Shown here one piece after another: positions 38,394 to 48,073 of a stretch of DNA of 64,000 bases. The translations under genes and the position numbers were made by a program. The stretch is from Candidatus Krumholzibacteriia bacterium (GTDB taxonomy: Bacteria > Krumholzibacteriota > Krumholzibacteriia > Krumholzibacteriales > Krumholzibacteriaceae): assembly GCA_963836185.1 (NCBI GenBank), contig CAWIIQ010000001.1, positions 2,144,001 to 2,208,000 of the forward strand, written 5' to 3'. The stretch's first letter is position 1, and every line of letters starts with the position of its first letter. The notes below the pieces were generated by a model. The model did not search any database. It was not told the DNA's origin and saw only the letters and a list, made by a program, of their open reading frames with translations.

Positions 38394-38460
38394 TGGGTTG
38401 CTCCTCCCTTCGGACTCATTCGACCTTCCCCGTCCCGGGCGGGACTGGAAGGTAGGGATT
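38394..38460 (-). promoter_or_regulatory. S6:S18 ribosomal protein leader
   Basis: CCCT..ACCTTCC-stem-GGAAGGT..CCG-AAGGGAGG: anti-SD pairing with an unpaired CCG before the SD of rpsF. Confidence 0.65.
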
Positions 38461-38495
38461 TATGTACCGCTCCCCGCAAAGGGGTGCGGATGCGA

Positions 38496-38524
38496 AATAT
38501 AGCAGAACCGCCCGGCCGAGTCAA
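38496..38524 (-). promoter_or_regulatory. sigma70 promoter of the rpsF operon
   Basis: TTGACT-N17-TATATT with extended -10 TGn. Confidence 0.7.
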
Positions 38525-38554
38525 CCCCGCCTTTGAGGGCCATATCCGGGATCT

Positions 38555-39151
38555 TTACTCCTCTTCTGCCTCACCCTTGCCGCCGCCGGGCGCTTTCCTG
38601 TTATAACGGCCCTGCGCAGCGGCCAAGCCGCGTATAAGCATCAGTTCCACGGCATCGGCCGCGTCGGAAGCCATTGCGCTCACTGCCTCGGCCTCGCTTT
38701 CCTCGAACCTCCCCAGGACAAAGTCGCTCCAGAGAGCTCCCGTGGGCGCCGGGCCGGCTCCAAGCCTCAGCCGGGCGAAACCCGGGGTGCCGAGAGTATC
38801 GGTGATCGATTCGAGCCCTCGATGCCCCCCGCTCCCCCCGCCCGCTCTTATCCTTATCAGCCCGACGGGCAGATGTATATCGTCACATACCACTAGAACG
38901 GAATCGGGGGAGGCGCCGGTGATCCTCAGCGCGTCCCCCGAAAGATTCATGAATGTAAGAGGTTTGAGCAGTGTGATGTGCCGGCCGGCGAACCGCCATC
39001 TCGTCTCCAGCGCCAGCCCCCCGCGTTCGTTCCAGCCGAGCCTGTGCCTCCTGGCCAGTTCATCCAGGGCGCCATAGCCCAGATTATGCCTCGTGCCGGC
39101 GTATTCCTGTCCCGGATTGCCTAGTCCAAGAACTAGAGTGATCTCCGGCAT
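38555..39151 (-). CDS. pth: Peptidyl-tRNA hydrolase
   Basis: GLGNPG, TRHNLG, KPLTFMNLSG, GGSGGHRG. Confidence 0.95.
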   Translation of the reverse strand: MPEITLVLGLGNPGQEYAGTRHNLGYGALDELARRHRLGWNERGGLALETRWRFAGRHITLLKPLTFMNLSGDALRITGASPDSVLVVCDDIHLPVGLIRIRAGGGSGGHRGLESITDTLGTPGFARLRLGAGPAPTGALWSDFVLGRFEESEAEAVSAMASDAADAVELMLIRGLAAAQGRYNRKAPGGGKGEAEEE

Positions 39152-39157
39152 CCGCTA

Positions 39158-39844
39158 TCAGGCTTCCTCTCCGCCCTCTGCGGCGCCCTCGCCTTCGGCT
39201 CCTTCGCCCTCCTCGACGCCCTCGGCTCCTTCTGCTGCGGCGGCAGCCTCGATTTCCTCGGCGGTGACCTCCAGCTTCTTCGGCGGAGATACGTGAGCGA
39301 GGTTGATATGTCCCTCATCAAGGAAATCAATGGCGGGGTACAAGACCGCGAGGTCCGATACGTGGATCGTATCGTTTATCATCAGGTGCGATACGTCGAT
39401 CTCGAGATGCTCGGGAACGCTCGAGGCGGTCGTAGCGACCATGACCTCCCGGACACCCTGGTCGAGGATTCCGCCGAATTCCTTGACTCCCCTGGCAACA
39501 CCGGTCAGAAGCACGGGGATACCGACCTTGATGGCCTCGTCCATCGATATCCTCTGGAAATCGACATGCAGGATATCTCCGGAAACGGGGTGGTGCTGTA
39601 CGTCGCGGACGAGCGTCGTATGTTCTTCCATATCCACTCCATCGACTTCGAGCTCGATGATGAGATGCTCGCTTGTCGCGCTGTGCAGGATGGTCCAGAA
39701 ATCGTGCTCGGGAATCGCCAGGTGAACGGGATCCTTTTTGTGCCCGTAGAGAACTCCGGGAATCTCGCCTGCCTTGCGCAGGCCGTGAACGTTCTTCTTA
39801 CTGGCTTCTTTCCGTATGCGTGCTTTCAACTTGATCGATTCCAT
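39158..39844 (-). CDS. rplY: 50S ribosomal protein L25/CTC
   Basis: IPGVLYG, DVQHHPV, HVDF, GVKEFGG; acidic tail. Confidence 0.95.
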   Translation of the reverse strand: MESIKLKARIRKEASKKNVHGLRKAGEIPGVLYGHKKDPVHLAIPEHDFWTILHSATSEHLIIELEVDGVDMEEHTTLVRDVQHHPVSGDILHVDFQRISMDEAIKVGIPVLLTGVARGVKEFGGILDQGVREVMVATTASSVPEHLEIDVSHLMINDTIHVSDLAVLYPAIDFLDEGHINLAHVSPPKKLEVTAEEIEAAAAAEGAEGVEEGEGAEGEGAAEGGEEA

Positions 39845-39857
39845 CTTTTCCTCCGTA

Positions 39858-40790
39858 TTACACGAACAACATGCTGATTGATTCTTCCGTATGGATCCTC
39901 TTGATGGCCTCTCCGAGAAGGGGCGCCACATCGAGGATCTTGACCTTGCTGCACTCCCCGTTGTCTTTGAACGGTATCGAGTTTGTGACCACCGTCTCCT
40001 CGATACACGATTTCTCCAGCCTCTCGAGAGCCTTTCCGGAGAATACGGGATGCGTGGCCATCGCCATTATCCTGCCAGCCCCGGCATCCTTGAGGACCCG
40101 GGCGGCCTGCGTTATGGTGCCGGCCGTACTGATGATATCATCGAGGATGATGATATCGCTGCCAGCCACCTCGCCGATCACATTCATCACTTCAGACTCG
40201 TCGGCCCCGGTCCTGCGTTTGTCGACTATCGCGAGGTTCGCGTCGAGTCTCTTGGCGAAGGCCCTGCCCATCTTGATCCCGCCGACATCCGGGGATACGA
40301 CGGTCAGGTCATGGAAATTTTTCTCCCTAATATATTCAAGCATGACCGGCGCCGCAAAAAGATTATCGACCTGGATGTCAAAAAATCCCTGTATCTGGGC
40401 GGCGTGCAGTTCGAGGGCCAGGACTCTGTGAGCTCCGGCCGTCTCGATCAGGTTGGCGACGAGCTTGGCCGTTATCGGGACCCGGGGCTGGTCCTTCCTG
40501 TCCTGTCTCGCGTACCCGTAATACGGCATGACCGCAGTTATACGGTTCGCCGAAGCGCGGTAACAGGCGTCTATGAGGATAAGCAGTTCCAGAAGGTTGT
40601 CGCCGGGCGGGAGAGTGGGCTGGATGATGAATACATCCTTGCCCCTGATATTCTCATGGATATTGATCCGGATCTCCCCATCGGAAAACCTGCCTACCTC
40701 GACATCACAGAGTTCCCTGCCTAGATACGAGGCGATCTTCCCGGAAAGCTCCTTGTTGGCGTTCCCGCTCATCAATGTAACAAGATCCAT
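39858..40790 (-). CDS. prs: Ribose-phosphate pyrophosphokinase
   Basis: RFSDGE, PYYGYARQDRK, LHAAQIQGFF, VSPDVGG, DDIISTAGT. Confidence 0.97.
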   Translation of the reverse strand: MDLVTLMSGNANKELSGKIASYLGRELCDVEVGRFSDGEIRINIHENIRGKDVFIIQPTLPPGDNLLELLILIDACYRASANRITAVMPYYGYARQDRKDQPRVPITAKLVANLIETAGAHRVLALELHAAQIQGFFDIQVDNLFAAPVMLEYIREKNFHDLTVVSPDVGGIKMGRAFAKRLDANLAIVDKRRTGADESEVMNVIGEVAGSDIIILDDIISTAGTITQAARVLKDAGAGRIMAMATHPVFSGKALERLEKSCIEETVVTNSIPFKDNGECSKVKILDVAPLLGEAIKRIHTEESISMLFV

Positions 40791-40855
40791 CTTTGCTGTT
40801 CCTCCGAATCCTCCGAAAAAAAAGTGACCTGTCCGGCCACCGGTCCATCCTTGAA

Positions 40856-40929
40856 TGGTTGGGGCGGGAGGATTCGAACCTCCGATCCAGGAACCAAAAT
40901 CCTGTGTCTTGCCACTTGACGACGCCCCA
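40856..40929 (-). tRNA. tRNA-Gln(TTG)
   Basis: TGGGGCG acceptor stem, CAGGA-TTTTGGT-TCCTG anticodon arm, GGTTCGAATCC, CCA end. Confidence 0.97.
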
Positions 40930-40947
40930 AGCAGTTCTGTTGTATTT

Positions 40948-41241
40948 TTACTGCTCAGCTACTTCGATCCCAGCCTCTGTCTCGGTGTTCTCGAGCTCCT
41001 CCTTGTAGGCCTCCAGTATCAATCCCTCCATCCAGTCCCTGGTCTCGTTATTGATAGGATGAGCGACATCCTGATACGTGCCATCAGGCCTCTTGCGGCT
41101 GGGCATAGCGACGAAAACGCCCTTGGCGCCCTCGATGATCTTCAGTCCCCTGATAACGAAACAGTCATCTAGGGTGATACTCGCAAAAGCCTTCAGCTTG
41201 TTGTCGTCCCGAAGTGAAATCCTGATCTCAGATATCTTCAT
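40948..41241 (-). CDS. spoVG: Septation regulator SpoVG
   Basis: KLKAFASITLDDCFVI, GVFVAMPSRK, YQDVAHPI. Confidence 0.95.
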   Translation of the reverse strand: MKISEIRISLRDDNKLKAFASITLDDCFVIRGLKIIEGAKGVFVAMPSRKRPDGTYQDVAHPINNETRDWMEGLILEAYKEELENTETEAGIEVAEQ

Positions 41242-41263
41242 GTGGCCCCCCCTGAATTCTTGC

Positions 41264-42148
41264 TTACTCCCTTTCTGGGAGTTCCATTGTCCGTCTGGCG
41301 GGATGTACGATCCAGGCTGAATGGCCTTCGTCGGACATCAGGGCCCTCACCCTTGACGCCGTTGTATCGTCTTCGTAAAGCGCGAAACACGCCGACCCGC
41401 TTCCGCTCATCGAACTGAGCCGCGCGCCCTCACGCTCCAGGAGAACCAGGATCTGCTCTATTACCGGATACTCTTCAGCAACGACTTCCTGAAAGCTGTT
41501 GCACGTTTCAAGAGCGACATCCGGAAATTCCTTCAATCCCCCCAGCAGACAATTCAGTTTATGACCGCCCCCAGACCTTGTCAATATTAAATTGGGATTT
41601 TGATAAGCCCACCTCGTGGAAACATTTATATCCGGTTTGACAATCAGTATCGTACCGTTTCTCAATCCCTCGATCTTCTCGAGGATCTCACCCCTGCCCC
41701 TCCCCGTCGCCGGTGAACCGAACAGAAAAAACGGGACGTCGGAACCTATCTCGAGCCCCATCTCCATCAGGCGCGAGCGTTCCACTCCCAGGCCGAGCAG
41801 CTCGTTTATACCGGCGAGGACCCCTGCGGCATCCGAACTGCCGCCACCGAGTCCCGCCCCGGCAGGTATCCTTTTTTTCACGTCTATAGAAACGCCGTGC
41901 GATCCGGCAGCTTCGCTGAGCAGAAGCGAGGCCGCCTTCCAGCAGAGATTCGAGTCGTCCCACGCTATATCCCGGTCATCGCCCGTAAGCGAGATGCCGC
42001 CCGGCGTGCGCCCGATGAATATGGTGTCGTGGAGGGTCACAGGCTGAAAAACGGTCTCGATATCATGAAATCCGTCATCCCGCCTGCGGATGACGTCGAG
42101 GTAGAGGTTTATCTTTGCGAAGCATCTGACCGTGATCTGGTCGGTCAC
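41264..42148 (-). CDS. ispE: 4-diphosphocytidyl-2-C-methyl-D-erythritol kinase
   Basis: AKINLYL, KRIPAGAGLGGGSSDAA, GSDVPFF, MSGSGS; GTG start at 42148. Confidence 0.95.
   Translation of the reverse strand: MTDQITVRCFAKINLYLDVIRRRDDGFHDIETVFQPVTLHDTIFIGRTPGGISLTGDDRDIAWDDSNLCWKAASLLLSEAAGSHGVSIDVKKRIPAGAGLGGGSSDAAGVLAGINELLGLGVERSRLMEMGLEIGSDVPFFLFGSPATGRGRGEILEKIEGLRNGTILIVKPDINVSTRWAYQNPNLILTRSGGGHKLNCLLGGLKEFPDVALETCNSFQEVVAEEYPVIEQILVLLEREGARLSSMSGSGSACFALYEDDTTASRVRALMSDEGHSAWIVHPARRTMELPERE
41556..41584 (-). promoter_or_regulatory. Internal sigma70 promoter within ispE for spoVG-tRNA-Gln-prs
   Basis: TTGACA-N17-TAAACT preceded by an AT-rich UP-like tract in an otherwise GC-rich CDS. 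Confidence 0.7.
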
Positions 42149-43218
42149 CTGTAGCTCTCCCAGAGATCGCCCCACTTGGTCTTTCTGAATTTCCTTATCT
42201 TCGAGCGCCCTACAGTCGGATACCAGAAGAAATCGTGGTAGATATTGCTCGCCATCGGCGCCCAGCCGACCAGGGGCGAATGCAGAGCCGGCTTCTCGAG
42301 GAACTGGAGGGGTCCTTTCCTCAACATCTGGTCGCCCCAGATGACGAAACTCTTTTTCACGGAGAACTCGAAGTTCAGTTCTTCGATATCCTCTCCGACT
42401 ATTTCGAGATTCTCGATCCTCGCCTCGCCCAACCCCCTCTCTGTCGACCACCTCAGGTAATCGATCGACATCGGGTCAAATCCCATAATCTTCGCTGCGA
42501 CCGCGTCTATCGCCACCGAATCGGCACTCGCAAGGATCAGGTCACCCTCGTAAGGATCCATCGTCCTCGGGCCGGCGCCGTTGCCGCAGACCGTGCCGTC
42601 CATGACGGCGAATATATTAGGATGAAGTTCACGCTGCATCAGCAGCAGGTCGACGAGGACCTCGTGCATATATTTATGGGCATAGTGCCTGACCTCCTTG
42701 AGCAATCCGCCGAAGGAGTTCTTGATAGCTCCCGTCGTCGTCGAATGGCCATGCGTCTTGACGGTCGGAAGGTGCATCACATCCCTGCCGATATACATCT
42801 TGGGAATCTCGATCCCCTCCGGGAATATCTCGCCGAGCTTGAGCAGCTTGGAGCGAAACTCGTAGACTGTCCATTCGACCTCGGTCAAAGGGGTGAACGG
42901 CAGCCCATACCTGTCGAGGACGGGCATCCAGAGGTTGTTTACCGCGCCCTTTCGAGGATCGGTGACGACGGTCCTGTTTTCTACCGGGATAAGCGAGTCC
43001 TTCGTGTAACCCCTGCCGAGAAGGTCCCTGACAACGCCTTCGAGCTGCCATGGCTGACTCGAGCAGGAGGGGAAGTATTTTGTCCACGAGAGGTTGAGTT
43101 TCAGCAGCAGGTCCCGTTCGGCGGTCAGGATATCTCCGGCGCCGGCCATCTCCATCAGTCTGTGGTAATCCTCTACTACTGTTTCAGGAACCGTCCTTAG
43201 AACCGCTACTTTGCTCAT
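42145..43218 (-). CDS. DUF362 domain-containing protein
   Basis: LLKLNL, LPTVKTH...TGAIKNSFG, DGTVCGNGAGP, DSVAIDA. Confidence 0.82.
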   Translation of the reverse strand: MSKVAVLRTVPETVVEDYHRLMEMAGAGDILTAERDLLLKLNLSWTKYFPSCSSQPWQLEGVVRDLLGRGYTKDSLIPVENRTVVTDPRKGAVNNLWMPVLDRYGLPFTPLTEVEWTVYEFRSKLLKLGEIFPEGIEIPKMYIGRDVMHLPTVKTHGHSTTTGAIKNSFGGLLKEVRHYAHKYMHEVLVDLLLMQRELHPNIFAVMDGTVCGNGAGPRTMDPYEGDLILASADSVAIDAVAAKIMGFDPMSIDYLRWSTERGLGEARIENLEIVGEDIEELNFEFSVKKSFVIWGDQMLRKGPLQFLEKPALHSPLVGWAPMASNIYHDFFWYPTVGRSKIRKFRKTKWGDLWESYR

Positions 43219-43266
43219 AATATCATCTTCTCTCCATATTAACTGCCCAGGCGACAGAGGGCCCGA

Positions 43267-44154
43267 TCATCTGACGATTATATATATAACTACCGCGAAC
43301 CAGAGAAAGAGATCGATGATGATCGCTTTTTCAGTGAGCAGGACACCCGACGGATCGCCGCCCTCGTGCCTGCTGTATACGAGATAGAGATACCTCATGA
43401 TCCCGAAGACGACGAAAGGTATCGTGTAGACCAGGTCCCTCGTGCCGAACTTCAGCACTGTCGAGGGCCAGACCGTGTAGATCGAATACGAGATGATCGA
43501 TGCGGTCGCGGAAAGGCTGACGAGCTGGTCGAGCAGCGTCACGGAGTAGTCCCTCAGTGACGTACGGTGATCACCCGCCGATACGAGATGCGTGATCTCG
43601 TTGCGCCTCTTGCAGATCGCCAGAAAGAGGGAGAGAAACAGTGTGCAGATCCAGAGCCAGGGCGAGAACTCGAGGTCAGGAATAACCGGGTGAAGCACCG
43701 CTACTCCCGATGCCGCCCTGATCAGAAAACTGAACGAGATCGCGATAACATCGAGTATGACGACATTGCGGAATATCAGTGAATAGGCGAGGTTGACTGT
43801 TACAAACGCCACGGACAGATAAAAGAACTCGCGTCCCAGGGTCCACGCGACGGGGAGCAGTACCGCAGTCACGAGTATCGCAATACTGGCCGCGAGACGC
43901 GGACTTATCTTCCCCGCAGCTATCGGCCGGGCCGTCTTCTTCGGATGCTCCTTGTCCCTGTCTCTGTCGAAGACGTCATTGAGAATATAGATCGCACCGG
44001 ACAGGCCGCAGAATACGAGAAATCCGTAGAGACTCAGACGGACGAGCTCAGGATCGGTAAATCTCTTGGAGAATACGATGCCGGCGAAAAGAACCAGGTT
44101 CTTGGTCCACTGCTTGGGGCGCATCGAGATTATCAGGTACCAGATCTTGTTCAT
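43267..44154 (-). CDS. Decaprenyl-phosphate phosphoribosyltransferase (UbiA family, Rv3806c-like)
   Basis: RPKQWTKN, YILNDVFDRDRDKEHPKKTARPIAAG, LFLAICKRR, YTIPFVVFGIMRY. Confidence 0.9.
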   Translation of the reverse strand: MNKIWYLIISMRPKQWTKNLVLFAGIVFSKRFTDPELVRLSLYGFLVFCGLSGAIYILNDVFDRDRDKEHPKKTARPIAAGKISPRLAASIAILVTAVLLPVAWTLGREFFYLSVAFVTVNLAYSLIFRNVVILDVIAISFSFLIRAASGVAVLHPVIPDLEFSPWLWICTLFLSLFLAICKRRNEITHLVSAGDHRTSLRDYSVTLLDQLVSLSATASIISYSIYTVWPSTVLKFGTRDLVYTIPFVVFGIMRYLYLVYSRHEGGDPSGVLLTEKAIIIDLFLWFAVVIYIIVR

Positions 44155-44174
44155 GTCGGCAAATATACACATCC

Positions 44175-45392
44175 TTACGGCTGCCGGTCAAGAGGCGCGG
44201 TCGACACCCCTGCTCCATTCCCTCTGTACACGGCCGCGCAGAGGCCGACAATGATCAGCATCATCGTCAGTACCTCGGCGTCGCCGAAGTTCCAGTCGAA
44301 CAGCCCGTTGATGATGAAACCTGTCAAGGCTCCGAGGGACCCGGCTGCCAGTGCTCTTTCAGGCGGCGGCAGGTCGAGGCGCAGGTTCCTCCCCACGATA
44401 ATAAACATCGCGGCGAGGAGCCAGACGAAAGCGGCGAGCCCGACCGATCCCAGGGTGACCGCCACCTGGAGGAAGATGTTGTGCATGTGGCCATGCACAT
44501 GGACTGCCTCCGGAGGCATGTTCTCCCTGTATATGTCCCCGAGGTCCACCGGCCCGGTGCCGATCACGGGGTGCTGCCTGAATATGGAGGCCCCGCCCCT
44601 GATCATGTTGATTCTCTGGACATTCGTCCTGTATTGCGGATCCCAGATCGTCCTGATCCTTTCACGGTAGGGCTCCGGCGCGAACAGCACCAGGGCGACG
44701 GCGGCAGCGGCATAGAAAGGGATCCAGCGCCTGCGCACGACCGCAAGTATCGCCATGCCGGAAACGAACATTGCGAGCCATGAGGATCTTGTCTGGGTGA
44801 GCAGAAGTGCCGCGGAGGCCGCGGCAGCCGCGGCGATCGAGAATATCCTCAGTTTTCGAGGTATCCGCGGGGCGACTGACACTCCCGCGTAGAGAGAGAG
44901 CAGCAGCATCATGATCCCGCCGAATGTCATCTCGTTGGAGAATGCTCCCGGTGTCCTGCCCATGCTTCCCCTGCCCATCCCAAGGAAATACAGCATGATA
45001 CCGTAGATGGCCGAACCCGTCCCCGAGACGAGCAGGACGAGGTATATCTTCTCGCGGACCGTCCGATCGACGGCCAGTGAAGCCGCGAGCCAGACCGTTA
45101 CGAACAGCGTGTAGTTCTTCATGTTGCCGATAGCACCGGCCGGATCGCCTGAGAGCAGGGATGATAATATAGAGACAAGTGTGAATGCCGCCAGAGGCAG
45201 AGCGAGCGGCAGCCATCCCGGCCTCATCGAGCGGTCGAGCAGACATAGAACTGTCCAGAGAAGGACCGTGATCACGAGGGATGTCTGGTTGGCGGCAATC
45301 GAGAAGGTCGACGTGAAGATGAAGATCCCGAAGAAGAGAAGGGTCACCTGTCTCAGGCGGACGACGGCCGTGCGGCCGTCAGCCCTTCTCAT
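44175..45392 (-). CDS. O-antigen ligase (Wzy_C) family membrane protein
   Basis: LTQTRSSW, HPVIGTG, HMHNIFLQ; multiple TM helices. Confidence 0.88.
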   Translation of the reverse strand: MRRADGRTAVVRLRQVTLLFFGIFIFTSTFSIAANQTSLVITVLLWTVLCLLDRSMRPGWLPLALPLAAFTLVSILSSLLSGDPAGAIGNMKNYTLFVTVWLAASLAVDRTVREKIYLVLLVSGTGSAIYGIMLYFLGMGRGSMGRTPGAFSNEMTFGGIMMLLLSLYAGVSVAPRIPRKLRIFSIAAAAAASAALLLTQTRSSWLAMFVSGMAILAVVRRRWIPFYAAAAVALVLFAPEPYRERIRTIWDPQYRTNVQRINMIRGGASIFRQHPVIGTGPVDLGDIYRENMPPEAVHVHGHMHNIFLQVAVTLGSVGLAAFVWLLAAMFIIVGRNLRLDLPPPERALAAGSLGALTGFIINGLFDWNFGDAEVLTMMLIIVGLCAAVYRGNGAGVSTAPLDRQP

Positions 45393-47876
45393 GTTCCTCC
45401 ACCCCGATACTGTTCGCAAAGTCGAGGAGGATACCTGATACCTTCCCGGATCCGCCTTCGGCCATCGCTCTCGAAATCTCCATGAGAACGCTGGATACAT
45501 CCTCCGGAACAGGAACAGGATCAGCCGGATTGAAACGCACCTTTCCATCGCCGGCCGGCGCCCCCGCTTCCCATACAGTCCCCTCCGCCCCGGAGAGCCG
45601 CCCCGCCGCGTCGGCCAGGCTCGCTGTACCGGCCATACCGTCTGTGCGGATGATCACGAGATCCTCAACCGAGTCCCTGAACAGGTTGCGCAAGAGAGTC
45701 TCACCGAGTAGAGAGGCGCGCCTGATATCATCGCTGCTGTGCGTTCCTCCACGGCTGATCACGACAAGTCTCGAGCCCGCAAGTACAGCAGCCGCCCCCA
45801 GCCTCTCGAGCGGCATGACGACCTTGCGGATGCAGGCGTCGAGCGGATTCGAGAGCTCGCGCGCGGGCATGTCGAAATCTGCGACCATCACGTCGGGGGA
45901 TATCTCCTCGACGAGCCTGATCGTAGCCGGCCGGTCCTCCAGCAGGCCAAGATATACCCCGGCGGGAGACTCGAGGCAGGCGGAGCTCTCCCTTACGACG
46001 AACAGGTCGTCCGTGATCACCGACAGGCTCGCAGCCGTGCCGAATCTCGCGGGAGCCCCTCGTACGATCGGCCCGTTGCCGGCTGCCGCCACCTTCATCC
46101 CGGCAAACGGCCCTTTTCCCGCGGATACGGTGCCGGCCGATTCCGATGGATCGCCGAGGATCCTGACAGGAACGCCGTAGCGCTCGAGCTGGTCGAATCT
46201 TTCCGGCGGGATCCGGCCCGCGTAGGTAGCCGAGATGACCACTTCATCGACTCCGTGATGGGCGGCGATACTCTCGATCTCACCCATGCTGCCGAGGACG
46301 GGTATACCATGTATCCTTCTTCCATGCATCGAGCGCCTGTCGTCGAGCCAGCCGACAGGGTGCAGCCCCTTCGTCTGCTTAACCCGGTGAAGGACCGCCT
46401 CGGCGACATGTCCCGTTTCACCGATGACGACTCTGCGCCCCTCGACCTCCTCGTGAGCGGGGAGCTCGTGGAACCAGCGTGTCACGACCCTCGCCCCCGC
46501 CATGAATACTGTCAGTATGAAGAGGTCGATAAGAAAGACCGAGCGCGGGAAGGACTGAAATCTGAACAGGAATGTGAAAAGGACCACCATGATCGCCGAA
46601 CCGACTGCGACCGCCTTGAATATCCTTACGATATCGTCAAATGTAGTATAACGCCAGACTGCCTTGTACAGGCCGTAGTAATAGAAGACAGCCGTCCTTA
46701 TCACGACCGCTATCGGAAGGCTCACCATCATCGTGCGGGTCTCCGCCTCGGGGAAAGTGAAGTTGAGGCGGATCATATAGCTGAGGATGTAGCTTCCTCC
46801 GATCAGAGCGAGATCGGTCAGGGCGGCTGCGAAGATCCTCCTCGCGCTGCCCGCCTCACCCCCCTTTTCGAGTTTCCTGATCTTGAAGACTGCCCAGAGA
46901 AAGAATCCCGTCCAGATGACCGCCAGGCCCGAGATGAATTCGCTCTCGCCGCTCACAAGGAGAAACGCGCTCCCCCCCAGCAGGGCCGCGATGAAGTATT
47001 CGAGCAGCGTGACCTGCTTGTGTGAAAGGCCGAGATCGGTCAGCCTCTGGTAATAATGCGTCCTGTGTGCTGTAAATATCCTCTTTCTCTGTATCGTCCT
47101 TCTCGCCAGAGTCAGGGCAGCGTCGATGAGCACCCCCCCCATCAGGAGGATCGTTATGAAAGCGGGAACGCCGTGCCGGGCCCCGGCGACTGAGAGAACG
47201 GCGAACATGAATCCGATAAACGTCGATCCGCAATCACCCATGAATATCCTGGCAGGCGGAAAATTATAGCGGAGAAAACCGAAGAGCACGCCGGCAATGG
47301 CGGCATAGACTATCCCCAGGGCCGGATCTCCGACCGCGAACCCGAGCAGTACGAGAAAGACGGCAGCGATCATACCGACGCCGGCCGCCAGCCCGTCGAG
47401 CCCATCGACGAAATTGTAGAAGTTGACGATAGCGGTGATCCAGACGATCGTCACCGGAATCGCCGCCGGTCCGAGTGAAACGGTCCCTACCAGGGGGATC
47501 ATGACTTCATCAAGCACGACGCCGGAGGCTATGACAGCACCCGCCGCAACGAGCTGCGCTGCCAGTTTCAGCCTCGCGTCGAGGCCGCGAAGATCATCCA
47601 GGAGCCCGATCGCAGCTATCATCGCCGCCGCCCCGAGGATCCCGGCCTTCAGTCGACGCCTGGAAGGGGATCGAATCCGGCTATCCTTGCCGTAAGTATC
47701 GTCAGGTAGAAGTCGAGGACGATGGCGACCCCGCCGAGACGCGGTTTGGGCACCTCGTGGGAGCCGCGGTCGGTCGGCATATCGAGCAGGGACCGGCGAA
47801 GCGAATAGCGGAGTATCGCTCCTGTCATCAGGAACGAGATGAGTAATGCTTCCAAAAAGAACAGAAGTTCACGCAT
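45379..47876 (-). CDS. WecA/MraY-family polyprenyl-P HexNAc-1-P transferase fused to PglF/CapD-like domains; frameshift near 47650
   Basis: RGSHEVPKPRLGG, GLLDD, NFVDGLDGLA, IFMGDCGS; then LYKAVWRY, FPRSVFLID, GWLDD...GIPVLG. Confidence 0.8.
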
Positions 47877-47917
47877 GCCGAGCTTCCCGGGCGAAATGCC
47901 GCTTTCCGCAAAGCCTG

Positions 47918-47946
47918 ATAATACTTTATGAGAGGGGGGCGGACAA
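47918..47946 (-). promoter_or_regulatory. Putative sigma70 promoter of the WecA-fusion gene
   Basis: TTGTCC-N17-TATTAT; a divergent TTGCCG-N17-TAATAT lies at 47997-48025 on +. Confidence 0.5.
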
Positions 47947-48073
47947 GCGATTTCGGGCGTTCTCGCGCATCCCGGGCACGGACTCAATTAATAACCTTGC
48001 CGGTGTGCCGGATGCCTATTAATATGCTCCGGGATCAGGATATCTGACACCCTTTCCCCGGATCTGCAGCTTT

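Noticed and set aside
40801-40817. Short tandem repeat CCTCCGAA next to tRNA-Gln as an integration scar
   Set aside because: On the - strand it reads as a doubled SD-like sequence (TTCGGAGG) before prs; no integrase or duplicated tRNA 3' end is present
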